A DNA stretch of 29,523 nt from a virus. The stretch's first letter is position 1, and each line of letters opens with the position of its first letter. This document shows positions 7,150-14,495 of this stretch, one piece after another. Under the pieces are notes generated by a model. The model was not told where the DNA came from, did no database searches, and saw only the letters and a list, made by a program, of their open reading frames with translations. The position numbers and the translations under genes were made by a program. The stretch lies in the IMG/VR virus record IMGVR_UViG_3300020612_000013, one strand, 5' to 3'.

Positions 7150-7163
7150 CTAGAATCGATCAG
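7150..7163 (+). promoter_or_regulatory. CTAGAATCGATCAG element, copy 1 (contains TAGAAT, a -10-like hexamer)
   Basis: 14-nt exact direct repeat of 7429-7442, lying in the non-coding DNA upstream of the early arm. Confidence 0.35.
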
Positions 7164-7428
7164 AATATGCTGGGGGTATAAATCTAGCCCCCACCCTGCA
7201 AGGCGCTCCTAGACGCCATAGGGAGGCTTTAAACGGCATTTCTGGGCTACACTCTCTATGCCAGATCGGCAGAGCGGCCTTGAGAGTGTACACCAAGCCA
7301 GGCGAATGTGGCCTATCTCACACACCTAGATGATAGATCTTATGTCTAAGCTCGGCACCTTAACTCGCTAGATCATCTGCCACACCTGCTATCACCCAGA
7401 CATACCCCTGAGACGCCCTAGAAGGCCC

Positions 7429-7442
7429 CTAGAATCGATCAG
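7429..7442 (+). promoter_or_regulatory. CTAGAATCGATCAG element, copy 2. Candidate early promoter -10 or operator.
   Basis: TAGAAT lies at 7430-7435 with CTGAGA 17 nt upstream (7407-7412). It is about 200 nt upstream of the first early ATG at 7648. Confidence 0.35.
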
Positions 7443-7647
7443 CAGGGTTGACCCTGCATAATCCTACCCCTAGAAGATTTGAGACGCCGAGAGAGGCTAT
7501 AAGGGATTAAGTGAGATATGGCACATCCCATGTCACACACATGAAACGCTCACGGGGTTTGAGCGCAGCCTTGACTGTGGATCACAATCACCACACCATA
7601 AAAACCACAACAACCAACCTAAACAATCCAGAAAGGAGCATCCCCTC

Positions 7648-7956
7648 ATGTGTGACACACTCATCACCCCATCATTCACCAGCCTTTACGGGCAGACAGA
7701 AATCGATCCACTCAGCCTCCACACCCTCACCGGAGACCATTCAGACGACATGGATCTGAATATGGTGCGCCGCATGTATCACGCCAAAGTCGAAGAAGCC
7801 ATCCGACTCATCCAGTCCGACTGGACCATCACCCTCGACGGCGCCATATACGGACCCCAGGACTGGCAGCCACTCACCGCGGATGAGGCCGAGGAACTCC
7901 ACGACATGATCGACATTATCGACCTCGACGCCATTATTGCCGAAGCCACACGATAA
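7648..7956 (+). CDS. Hypothetical small acidic protein (paralogue A), first gene of the early arm
   Basis: 102-aa ORF with ATG preceded by GAAAGGAG (7631-7638). It shares FTxLY, DHxD and DGxxYxxxxWxPLTxxEA motifs with the next ORF. Confidence 0.7.
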   Translation: MCDTLITPSFTSLYGQTEIDPLSLHTLTGDHSDDMDLNMVRRMYHAKVEEAIRLIQSDWTITLDGAIYGPQDWQPLTADEAEELHDMIDIIDLDAIIAEATR

Positions 7957-7987
7957 AAACCATCCACACACCAGAAAGGAACCCGTC

Positions 7988-8299
7988 ATGCAAAAGATCG
8001 CCAACCACTTCACCCAGCTCTACACCCCCGCCAGCTACGACTGCCCCACACCCTTCGACCTGACACGCCTCGAAAACCTCTCCTGCGACCACCTCGATTT
8101 TGAGGGCCTCGCCGAAGCCTACCGGCAGAGCGTAGAGACTGAACTTCACAAGCTGCGCCCCAACACATTCATCGCATCCGACGGCACCGTCTACAGCCAT
8201 GACGAGTGGAAGCCACTCACCGGTGGGGAAGCCACACAACTCTACTGGAACGTGACCCGCATCAATGTTGGCCACCTACTCACCTTATTCGCCCGATAA
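7988..8299 (+). CDS. Hypothetical small protein (paralogue B)
   Basis: ATG at 7988 preceded by GAAAGGAA. I prefer it to the upstream start at 7937, which lies inside the previous gene and has an implausible N-terminus. It is homologous along its length to 7648-7956. Confidence 0.7.
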   Translation: MQKIANHFTQLYTPASYDCPTPFDLTRLENLSCDHLDFEGLAEAYRQSVETELHKLRPNTFIASDGTVYSHDEWKPLTGGEATQLYWNVTRINVGHLLTLFAR

Positions 8300-8344
8300 A
8301 ACCCCAAGCCACACAAGTATCGCTCACAATCGTTGAGCGCACAC

Positions 8345-8373
8345 TTGACATCAGACAACCCCCACACCATTAT
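8345..8373 (+). promoter_or_regulatory. Candidate sigma70-type promoter, TTGACA-17 nt-CATTAT
   Basis: TTGACA at 8345-8350 and CATTAT at 8368-8373, in the 120-nt gap upstream of the lipoprotein gene. It is preceded by a 6-bp-stem hairpin (8321-8339). Confidence 0.25.
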
Positions 8374-8419
8374 TGATCATGTCAGCAACGAACAGCACCC
8401 CGGAAAGGGGACACAAAAC

Positions 8420-8953
8420 ATGAACAAGAAAAACGGCTACACCATCGCAGGCATCGCAGCCGCCATCATCGCCGCATGCTCATTCATGCCAGCCCCAGAC
8501 GACAATCCGCCACTCGCCTCACAGCCAGCCCCACAAGCCACCACAGCCAACACCGAATGGACACCCAAGACTACCCAACAGCGCAAAGCCGAAAAGAAAG
8601 CACGGCAGGCAGCCGCAGAACAGTCACTGCAAGCCGAGCAGGCCAAAACCCACAAGCAAGCCCAAGCAAGGGGTGAAGAAACCGCAACCGGACTCACCAT
8701 GATCACGGCGGCACACACCTGCAACCGCAAAGCCGAACAACAGGCCGCCGCACACGGTGTCAACTGGAACGGCAACCCCGACATCGACCTCCAACTCCAC
8801 AAAATTATTGGTAAAGACACCTTCTCCATCGTCTACGGCGCCACCGCGAAACAGCCCGGTGCATCCAAACTCCCAGTCACCGTCCACTGCCTCGTCACAG
8901 GAACAGAAGACCACCCGCACGTCACCGACCTCAACATCAACCCGCAACAGTAA
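8420..8953 (+). CDS. Putative secreted lipoprotein
   Basis: ATG at 8420 preceded by GGAAAGGGG. The N-terminus MNKKNGYTIAGIAAAIIAAC has a positive n-region, a hydrophobic core and a lipobox-like I-A-A-C, followed by a Pro/Gln/Ala-rich linker. Confidence 0.7.
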   Translation: MNKKNGYTIAGIAAAIIAACSFMPAPDDNPPLASQPAPQATTANTEWTPKTTQQRKAEKKARQAAAEQSLQAEQAKTHKQAQARGEETATGLTMITAAHTCNRKAEQQAAAHGVNWNGNPDIDLQLHKIIGKDTFSIVYGATAKQPGASKLPVTVHCLVTGTEDHPHVTDLNINPQQ

Positions 8954-8976
8954 CCCGCCAAGGAGCATCCCCCGCC

Positions 8977-9204
8977 ATGCCTCTCCTCTCTCACTACGCT
9001 GTCACCACCGGACTCGCAGACACGGCACACATTATTCACCACACCGGCAGCACCCTACGCACAGCCACCGACATCGCCTCCCGCATCAACACCCTCAACC
9101 CAGACATCAACCTCGACCACCAAATCAACCAACTATTATCTATCGAAACCGACCTGTACAACATTTACAAAACCATCAACACCATTCTTCAGGAGCAAGC
9201 ATGA
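8977..9204 (+). CDS. Hypothetical protein (75 aa)
   Basis: ATG preceded by CCAAGGAGCA. Its stop overlaps the next ATG (ATGA at 9201-9204). Confidence 0.65.
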   Translation: MPLLSHYAVTTGLADTAHIIHHTGSTLRTATDIASRINTLNPDINLDHQINQLLSIETDLYNIYKTINTILQEQA

Positions 9205-9401
9205 ACACCCCCAACAACATTGAGCTGCACAGTTACGAAACATTCTTCACCACCCTGGCATGGATCCAAGGCGCCATCATCACATGGATGTACGCAACCG
9301 GCACCACACATAAGGCAGCCCTCGCCATCATCGCCGCATGCGCCCTCGCCACCCTCCTGGGTGCATCAACACTCACCTACCAGCCCAAAGACCACAAATG
9401 A
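9201..9401 (+). CDS. Small membrane protein (66 aa, two hydrophobic helices)
   Basis: ATG 9201 is preceded by AGGAG (9191-9195). The sequence is MNTPNNIELHSYETFFTTLAWIQGAIITWMY...AALAIIAACALATLLGAS. It is coupled to its neighbours by ATGA overlaps at both ends. Confidence 0.6.
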   Translation: MNTPNNIELHSYETFFTTLAWIQGAIITWMYATGTTHKAALAIIAACALATLLGASTLTYQPKDHK

Positions 9402-9481
9402 TCACAACACCCATCCTGATCGCAGAAACCCTCGCCATCGTCATTCTCGCCGTCGCCCTAGCCCACAACCCCAACCAGTAA
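9398..9481 (+). CDS. Possible 27-aa single-helix membrane peptide
   Basis: MITTPILIAETLAIVILAVALAHNPNQ. The ATG overlaps the preceding stop. It is below the ORF-track size cut-off and is supported only by coupling and hydrophobicity. Confidence 0.35.
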   Translation: MITTPILIAETLAIVILAVALAHNPNQ

Positions 9482-9510
9482 CCCACCCCCTAGAAAGGCG
9501 CACACACCCC

Positions 9511-9870
9511 ATGGATGAGCCCACCCGCATGTACACCGACCCCAACACCGGTGCCCGAAAAGAACTCAAACAATGCCGAATATCCCTCATCGACCCCGCA
9601 TCCCTTCACGCCCTAGGCGAAGTAGCCGGATACGGCGCCACCAAATACGGCGACAACAACTGGACCGGAGGATACCCGTGGAGCCACAGCGTCGACGCCC
9701 TCTACAGGCACCTCCTATCATGGCAGCAAGGCAACAACCTCGACCGCGAATCCGGACTACCGCATCTGGCACACGCAGCCTGGCACTGCCTCGCACTCCT
9801 CGCCTACCAGCAACACAATGCCGGCCAAGACACCCGCAACCCATGGAACACCCACAAAGGCGACAAGTAA
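9511..9870 (+). CDS. MazG-like all-alpha nucleotide pyrophosphohydrolase-family protein (dATP/dGTP diphosphohydrolase N-terminal-like, DUF5664-type)
   Basis: 119 aa. The pattern SLHALGEVAGYGATKYGDNNWTGGYPWSHSVDALYRHLLSW...DRESGLPHLAHAAWHCLALL matches my memory of that family signature (KYG..NW...RH....D.ESG..HLAHA). I prefer the start at 9511 to 9220, which would overlap two coupled genes. Confidence 0.65.
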   Translation: MDEPTRMYTDPNTGARKELKQCRISLIDPASLHALGEVAGYGATKYGDNNWTGGYPWSHSVDALYRHLLSWQQGNNLDRESGLPHLAHAAWHCLALLAYQQHNAGQDTRNPWNTHKGDK

Positions 9871-10817
9871 TGCCTCTAGCACAAAAACCGTCCACCATCG
9901 ACCATCCAGGCCACATCTCCTACAGTTCACTCACCCAGTGGGCCGAATGCGGAGAAAAATGGCGCCTCCAACACGGCTACCACGCCCAACACCACACCTG
10001 GTACGCCACCATCGCCGGAAGCGCCATACACCACATCACCGAACAGTACGACCTCCACCTGTACAATCCCGCCGAATACCCTGCACTGCCAGACAAGCTC
10101 TCATCCTTCAAAAACGTTTTCGACACACAAGTCGCCCTCGCCGAATCCGAAGGCACCGAAATCAAACCCTCCGGCCGAATATGCAAAAACATGTGCGAGT
10201 CAGGCGGGCCGCACAAGAAAGACTACGACTGGTGGATGATATACGGTCCCACCTTTGTGGACCGCTGGAAAACATGGAGGCGCAACCACCCAGAATACAT
10301 CACCGCAATCCTGGACGGTAAACCCGGCATCGAATACCCGGTAGAAACCATCCTGAACGATGACACAAAAATAGTCGGATATATTGACCGCGTTTTCACC
10401 AACACCGACACCGGCGAAACATTCATCCTCGACCTCAAAACAGGACGCCTACCAGCAGACAGCATGCAGCTGCACACATACAGGTACATGCTCGAACAAC
10501 ACGGCAACGATGTGACAAAAGGCATGTTTTGGACGCCGGCCACCAGCCGCAACGACGACAAGTCCCCGACACAGGGCACAGCAACCGAACTCTACGACCT
10601 TGACAACAACACCTACCGGCATGTATCATCCATGTACAGTCAAGCAATGAAAGGAATCAGTCAAGGAATCTTCGTCCCACACGTCACAACACTCTGCAAA
10701 GGATGCCCTGTACAAGACGCCTGCTGGGCCGTAAACGGCAAAAACTCGTACAGATACCCGATAGAAACTACCGTACAGCCACCCCAAACAGACAATAAAG
10801 AAAAGGAAAACAAGTGA
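9870..10817 (+). CDS. PD-(D/E)XK exonuclease, Cas4/RecB-like, with a four-Cys cluster
   Basis: 315 aa with ATG overlapping the previous stop (TAATG). It has an N-terminal Cys (WAECGEKW), GYIDRVF and ILDLKTG nuclease motifs, and a C-terminal CKGCPVQDAC. Confidence 0.85.
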   Translation: MPLAQKPSTIDHPGHISYSSLTQWAECGEKWRLQHGYHAQHHTWYATIAGSAIHHITEQYDLHLYNPAEYPALPDKLSSFKNVFDTQVALAESEGTEIKPSGRICKNMCESGGPHKKDYDWWMIYGPTFVDRWKTWRRNHPEYITAILDGKPGIEYPVETILNDDTKIVGYIDRVFTNTDTGETFILDLKTGRLPADSMQLHTYRYMLEQHGNDVTKGMFWTPATSRNDDKSPTQGTATELYDLDNNTYRHVSSMYSQAMKGISQGIFVPHVTTLCKGCPVQDACWAVNGKNSYRYPIETTVQPPQTDNKEKENK

Positions 10818-11224
10818 CCGACGAACATATCACAGACAATGATCGACTAACGATCACACTCAAATATGGGGGCGACTATGCTGCACCATGGACCGTCATC
10901 CGCGGAGACAACGCTGATCAGGCGAAACAGGCCATCATCGACCTGTTGGGCGGATTGAAAGACGAAACAGTCTCCAAAGACTGGGATTTAGCCACCCTGG
11001 TAGCGAGCGCATCAATCATCCTCCAAGACCGATACAATCAGGCAGCCAAAAACTATGTAGACAACATCGCCAGCAAAGAAAACAGCATCGTCATCGACAA
11101 AATCAACAACGCAACAAGCAAGGCGCAACTAGCCGATCTACTCAAACAGTACAAGAAAACCATCACCAGTAACAGTGACGTCTCCGAGGCGTTCCGCACC
11201 AAACGAAACAGCCTCACCCGATAA
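10814..11224 (+). CDS. Hypothetical protein (136 aa)
   Basis: A GTG start overlaps the exonuclease stop (GTGA) and is preceded by AAAGGAAAA. The amino-acid composition is plausible. Confidence 0.7.
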   Translation: MTDEHITDNDRLTITLKYGGDYAAPWTVIRGDNADQAKQAIIDLLGGLKDETVSKDWDLATLVASASIILQDRYNQAAKNYVDNIASKENSIVIDKINNATSKAQLADLLKQYKKTITSNSDVSEAFRTKRNSLTR

Positions 11225-11281
11225 AACCGACACAAACCAACAACAAGAAACAAACACAAACAGTAAAAGGAAACAACAGTT

Positions 11282-11752
11282 ATGGGACTCGCCAACTACC
11301 GCAACAACAGCAACAGCACCTTCTTTAACCCGTCCCGAAACCAGGACGCCACCGCCATCGCCTTCAAAATCCGCGACGTCGAGCACAACACTGAAGGCTA
11401 CGGTGGACAGGTCGCAGACCGCATCTACGCTGATGTCACCATCTTCCACACCCTAGACGATCTCAACAACGGCACCCCAGAAACCATCCCCAATGCTATT
11501 ATCGAGAAAGCGCGCGGCAGCAACGATCGCCCACACTCCATGATCCGCGACCTCGAAGCCTATCTTGGCGAGGAGCAGGCCTTCAAACTCGCCACCGTGC
11601 GCACCAAAAACGGGTTCAACGCTGTCGTGCTCAAACCATTGGACGACGCCATCTATGATAAGGTTGCCGAATACGTAGACAAGCGCGATAACGGCCAGCT
11701 AGACGATACCACAGCCTCTACTGATGCTGATGTAGACATCGACTCCATCTGA
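11282..11752 (+). CDS. Hypothetical protein with an acidic C-terminal tail (possible ssDNA-binding role)
   Basis: 156 aa with ATG preceded by AAAAGGAAA. The tail is ...DDTTASTDADVDIDSI. It lies between the nuclease and helicase genes. Confidence 0.7.
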   Translation: MGLANYRNNSNSTFFNPSRNQDATAIAFKIRDVEHNTEGYGGQVADRIYADVTIFHTLDDLNNGTPETIPNAIIEKARGSNDRPHSMIRDLEAYLGEEQAFKLATVRTKNGFNAVVLKPLDDAIYDKVAEYVDKRDNGQLDDTTASTDADVDIDSI

Positions 11753-11792
11753 CCACCAATACACATCCAACCGATAGATAGATAAGGTCCCG

Positions 11793-12656
11793 ATGCTCTC
11801 TCTACAACGATCCTTCGAGAGAGCCTCCCAAACAGCTGCCGAGCTGCCCCGAATACCCCAGCTAGAACCCCTCTACCGCAACCTGGACATGCACATCCAC
11901 AAAGGGGATTTGGTGATGATTGCGGGGCGGTCCGGCAGTCAAAAATCCGGGCTAGCCATGTTCATCACAGCGATGCTCAACCAGCCCGCCCTCTACATAT
12001 CAGGGGACATGACACCCTGGGAGGCCTCCACGCGAATCATCTCACTCAACACCCAACACACCACCACACAGATACAACACAACATTGATGACTACGGGCC
12101 AGAATACTATCGAGACAGCATCCACCACGGCCAACACATCACATTCTCATTCCAGTCACCTATCACATGGACCGACATCACCATGGAGTTGCAAGCCTAC
12201 ATGGAAATGTGGAACACATTTCCACCACTCATCGTCATAGACAACCTGATGGACATCCAAGACTGCGAATCCGACTACCAGGCACAGCAAGAAGCCATGC
12301 AATGGATAACAGCATTAGGTAGGGATACCGGCTCCACCATCATCGTCACCCACCACGCAACCGACAAAACCGGAACCGACATCGAACACCCCCCGGCTAG
12401 GCGAGAAATCAAAAACGGCCTCTCCGAAAAACCACAACTCATCCTAGGAGTCTCACTTTATGGCGGCGAAGACAACGGCAACGGCCTATCGATACCGGCA
12501 GAGGCACGCATCGCCGTACTCAAACAGCGCACCGGCAAATCCAGCCCCGACGGCACCCGATACGAACGGCTACGAGCCTACCCCGAATACACATTCTTCG
12601 GGCCCCTCGCCGAAAAACAGCCATGGAACATGACCACAACACACAAAGGACTCTAA
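11793..12656 (+). CDS. DnaB-like (RecA-fold) replicative helicase/ATPase
   Basis: 287 aa with Walker A GDLVMIAGRSGSQKSG and Walker B LIVIDNLMD, followed by TIIVTHHATD. Confidence 0.85.
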   Translation: MLSLQRSFERASQTAAELPRIPQLEPLYRNLDMHIHKGDLVMIAGRSGSQKSGLAMFITAMLNQPALYISGDMTPWEASTRIISLNTQHTTTQIQHNIDDYGPEYYRDSIHHGQHITFSFQSPITWTDITMELQAYMEMWNTFPPLIVIDNLMDIQDCESDYQAQQEAMQWITALGRDTGSTIIVTHHATDKTGTDIEHPPARREIKNGLSEKPQLILGVSLYGGEDNGNGLSIPAEARIAVLKQRTGKSSPDGTRYERLRAYPEYTFFGPLAEKQPWNMTTTHKGL

Positions 12657-12662
12657 AAAACT

Positions 12663-13019
12663 ATGGCCACACAGCAGGCACGCAACCGGCGGGCAGGCGC
12701 AGAATGGGAAACACGACTATTGCATCAGCTACGCGACATCGGACACGATATTGAACGCCTCCACCTCAACGGTAAAGAGGACGAAGGCGACCTCATCCTC
12801 AAAACCGGCAACCACACCTATGTGATCGAAGCCAAGGCCGGGCAGCCCCATCTCGCCCAATTCGTCAAAGAAGCAACTACCGAGGCACGAAACTATGAAA
12901 CCCATCGAAACCGCGAAAACCAGTCCACCATCGGACTCGTCATCATGAAACAGCGCAACAAACCCTGGAGCGAAGCCTATGTGGTATCAACCCTCAACGA
13001 GCTCCTCCCACACCTCTGA
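12663..13019 (+). CDS. PD-(D/E)XK nuclease, Hjc-like putative Holliday-junction resolvase
   Basis: 118 aa. The motifs RRAGAEWE...EGDLIL...YVIEAKAG give the E...D...ExK catalytic pattern at Hjc-like spacing. Confidence 0.6.
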   Translation: MATQQARNRRAGAEWETRLLHQLRDIGHDIERLHLNGKEDEGDLILKTGNHTYVIEAKAGQPHLAQFVKEATTEARNYETHRNRENQSTIGLVIMKQRNKPWSEAYVVSTLNELLPHL

Positions 13020-13380
13020 CACCCGCCGCCTCCTCGACACCTATCGGATACGCTACAACCCATCCAAAAACGAGCAACACATCCTCTGCCCGTTCCACGA
13101 CGACCACCAGCCCTCCATGAGCATCAACCTCGACAAGGGCGTCTGGTACTGCCACACATGCGGTATCGGAGGCGGACTCCATAAGCTGCAACAACGATTA
13201 GAAGAAGAAAACCCGAATGTACGACAGCATACGCCCATACAACATTGCGGAACGCCGCCGAATCCAGAAAGCCTCAGCCCTCTACGAAACCCACCTCGAA
13301 AACATACTCGACCTGCTCTCAGCAAGAGGCATCAGCGAAGAAACAGCCCGCTACCACCACCTTGGATACATCGACAATGA
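12979..13380 (+). CDS. DNA primase, N-terminal CHC2 zinc-finger part. The ORF runs on about 55 codons into the next gene in another frame.
   Basis: ATG 12979 with GGAG 8 nt upstream. It contains CPFHDDHQPSMSINLDKGVWYCHTCGIGG, a DnaG-type zinc finger. After ...LQQRLEEENPN the translation turns into Pro/Arg-rich low-complexity sequence. Confidence 0.7.
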   Translation: MWYQPSTSSSHTSDTRRLLDTYRIRYNPSKNEQHILCPFHDDHQPSMSINLDKGVWYCHTCGIGGGLHKLQQRLEEENPNVRQHTPIQHCGTPPNPESLSPLRNPPRKHTRPALSKRHQRRNSPLPPPWIHRQ

Positions 13381-13888
13381 CCCCATACCAGGCCACGAAA
13401 ACTACAACCAGTGCATCACCATCCCCTACATGTACCCCGTTTGGGGCGGCCCAGCCGAAATAAGAAAAATGCGTTTCCGCTGCTCACTCCCGCACGACTG
13501 CAAAACCCACAACCACCCCAAATACCTAACCCCAGCCGGGGACACAGGCTCCATCTACAACATGGCCGCCATGGCCAACCCGGCAGCCGAAATGCACATT
13601 TGCGAAGGCGAATTCGACTCCATGATCCTCGAACAATGCGGATGGTCGGCCGTCGCCCTACCCGGCGCAACCTCGTGGCAAAACTTTTGGACCAAATTTT
13701 TTGAAGGCTACGACCACATCTACATATGGTCAGACCCAGACAAGGCAGGCCGCCAGATGGCCCAAACCCTCCAGGCAGCGCTCCCCCAAGCCACCCATGT
13801 GCCCCTCACCCTGGGGGATGTCACAGACACCTACCTTCAGGCCGGAAAAACAGGGTTGACACAAGCACTAGACACTGTGCTACAGTAA
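13217..13888 (+). CDS. DNA primase, catalytic/TOPRIM part
   Basis: 223 aa containing EGEFDSM (TOPRIM Glu) and IWSDPDKAGRQ (DxD). This frame opens at 13202, right after a TAG stop. Confidence 0.85.
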   Translation: MYDSIRPYNIAERRRIQKASALYETHLENILDLLSARGISEETARYHHLGYIDNDPIPGHENYNQCITIPYMYPVWGGPAEIRKMRFRCSLPHDCKTHNHPKYLTPAGDTGSIYNMAAMANPAAEMHICEGEFDSMILEQCGWSAVALPGATSWQNFWTKFFEGYDHIYIWSDPDKAGRQMAQTLQAALPQATHVPLTLGDVTDTYLQAGKTGLTQALDTVLQ

Positions 13889-13931
13889 AACCTGTCAACA
13901 ACACGAAACCAGAAAGGTACACTAAAACATC

Positions 13932-14495
13932 ATGGATCCCCTCGACACGTGCCCAATCCCCAACCGGCGCAACACCAGCCAAGCAGCCAGGAGGCGTATC
14001 CGCCTCGCCATCTGTGCAGAAAAATGGGCTGATGGTGAAGACCCCACCTACATCATGCACACCTGGGGCACCACCTATGATGGGATGCGATCCATGATCC
14101 GCGCCAACCCCGACATTAAACTACCCGACGACATGGCCAAGCGTTTACACAAAGTATGCCGGGAAGCCTACCCCAAAAACCAGCCCAACAGGCACCGAAG
14201 CGGATGGGACGCCTACGAGAAAAACTACTACACCCACGAAATACTCTTCCTCAACCAATTCAACATTCCAGCCCTCGAAATCCTTAACCGGCTCGACGTG
14301 TCATGGGCCATGTGGAAACAAATCATCGAAGAAAACAATCTCACACGGCTCCAAGACGAAACCTACAATGCGTGCCACTGGCACTATCTGAAACAGCAAC
14401 ACCCAGACTGGACCGACCAGCAAATCACACAAGCCCAACACGCCGGAAACAACACCTTCAACCAGTTCATGCAAGACGACAGGCCCGCACTGTGA
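13932..14495 (+). CDS. Hypothetical protein (187 aa)
   Basis: ATG preceded by AGAAAGG. It is a long ORF in the coding-rich frame, and its stop overlaps the next GTG start (GTGA). Confidence 0.7.
   Translation: MDPLDTCPIPNRRNTSQAARRRIRLAICAEKWADGEDPTYIMHTWGTTYDGMRSMIRANPDIKLPDDMAKRLHKVCREAYPKNQPNRHRSGWDAYEKNYYTHEILFLNQFNIPALEILNRLDVSWAMWKQIIEENNLTRLQDETYNACHWHYLKQQHPDWTDQQITQAQHAGNNTFNQFMQDDRPAL

Noticed and set aside
5463-7759. Four ORFs inside the non-coding region: 5463-5645 (-), 6397-6660 (-), 6715-6966 (+) and 7511-7759 (+).
   Set aside because: They have non-ATG or unsupported starts and no Shine-Dalgarno sequence. Their composition is Pro/Arg/Ser/His-rich. They run straight through repeats and perfect hairpins (for example 6715-6966 contains the 14-bp-stem hairpin), and 7511-7759 overlaps the well-supported first early gene. 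I cannot exclude a small protein without expression data.
7937-14491. Longer upstream starts offered by the ORF track for several early genes: 7937, 8333 (TTG), 8757/9220, 9573 and 14303.
   Set aside because: The extensions overlap better-supported upstream genes and translate to low-complexity sequence. They also lack an RBS, whereas the downstream starts have Shine-Dalgarno motifs or ATGA/GTGA/TAATG coupling to the preceding stop.
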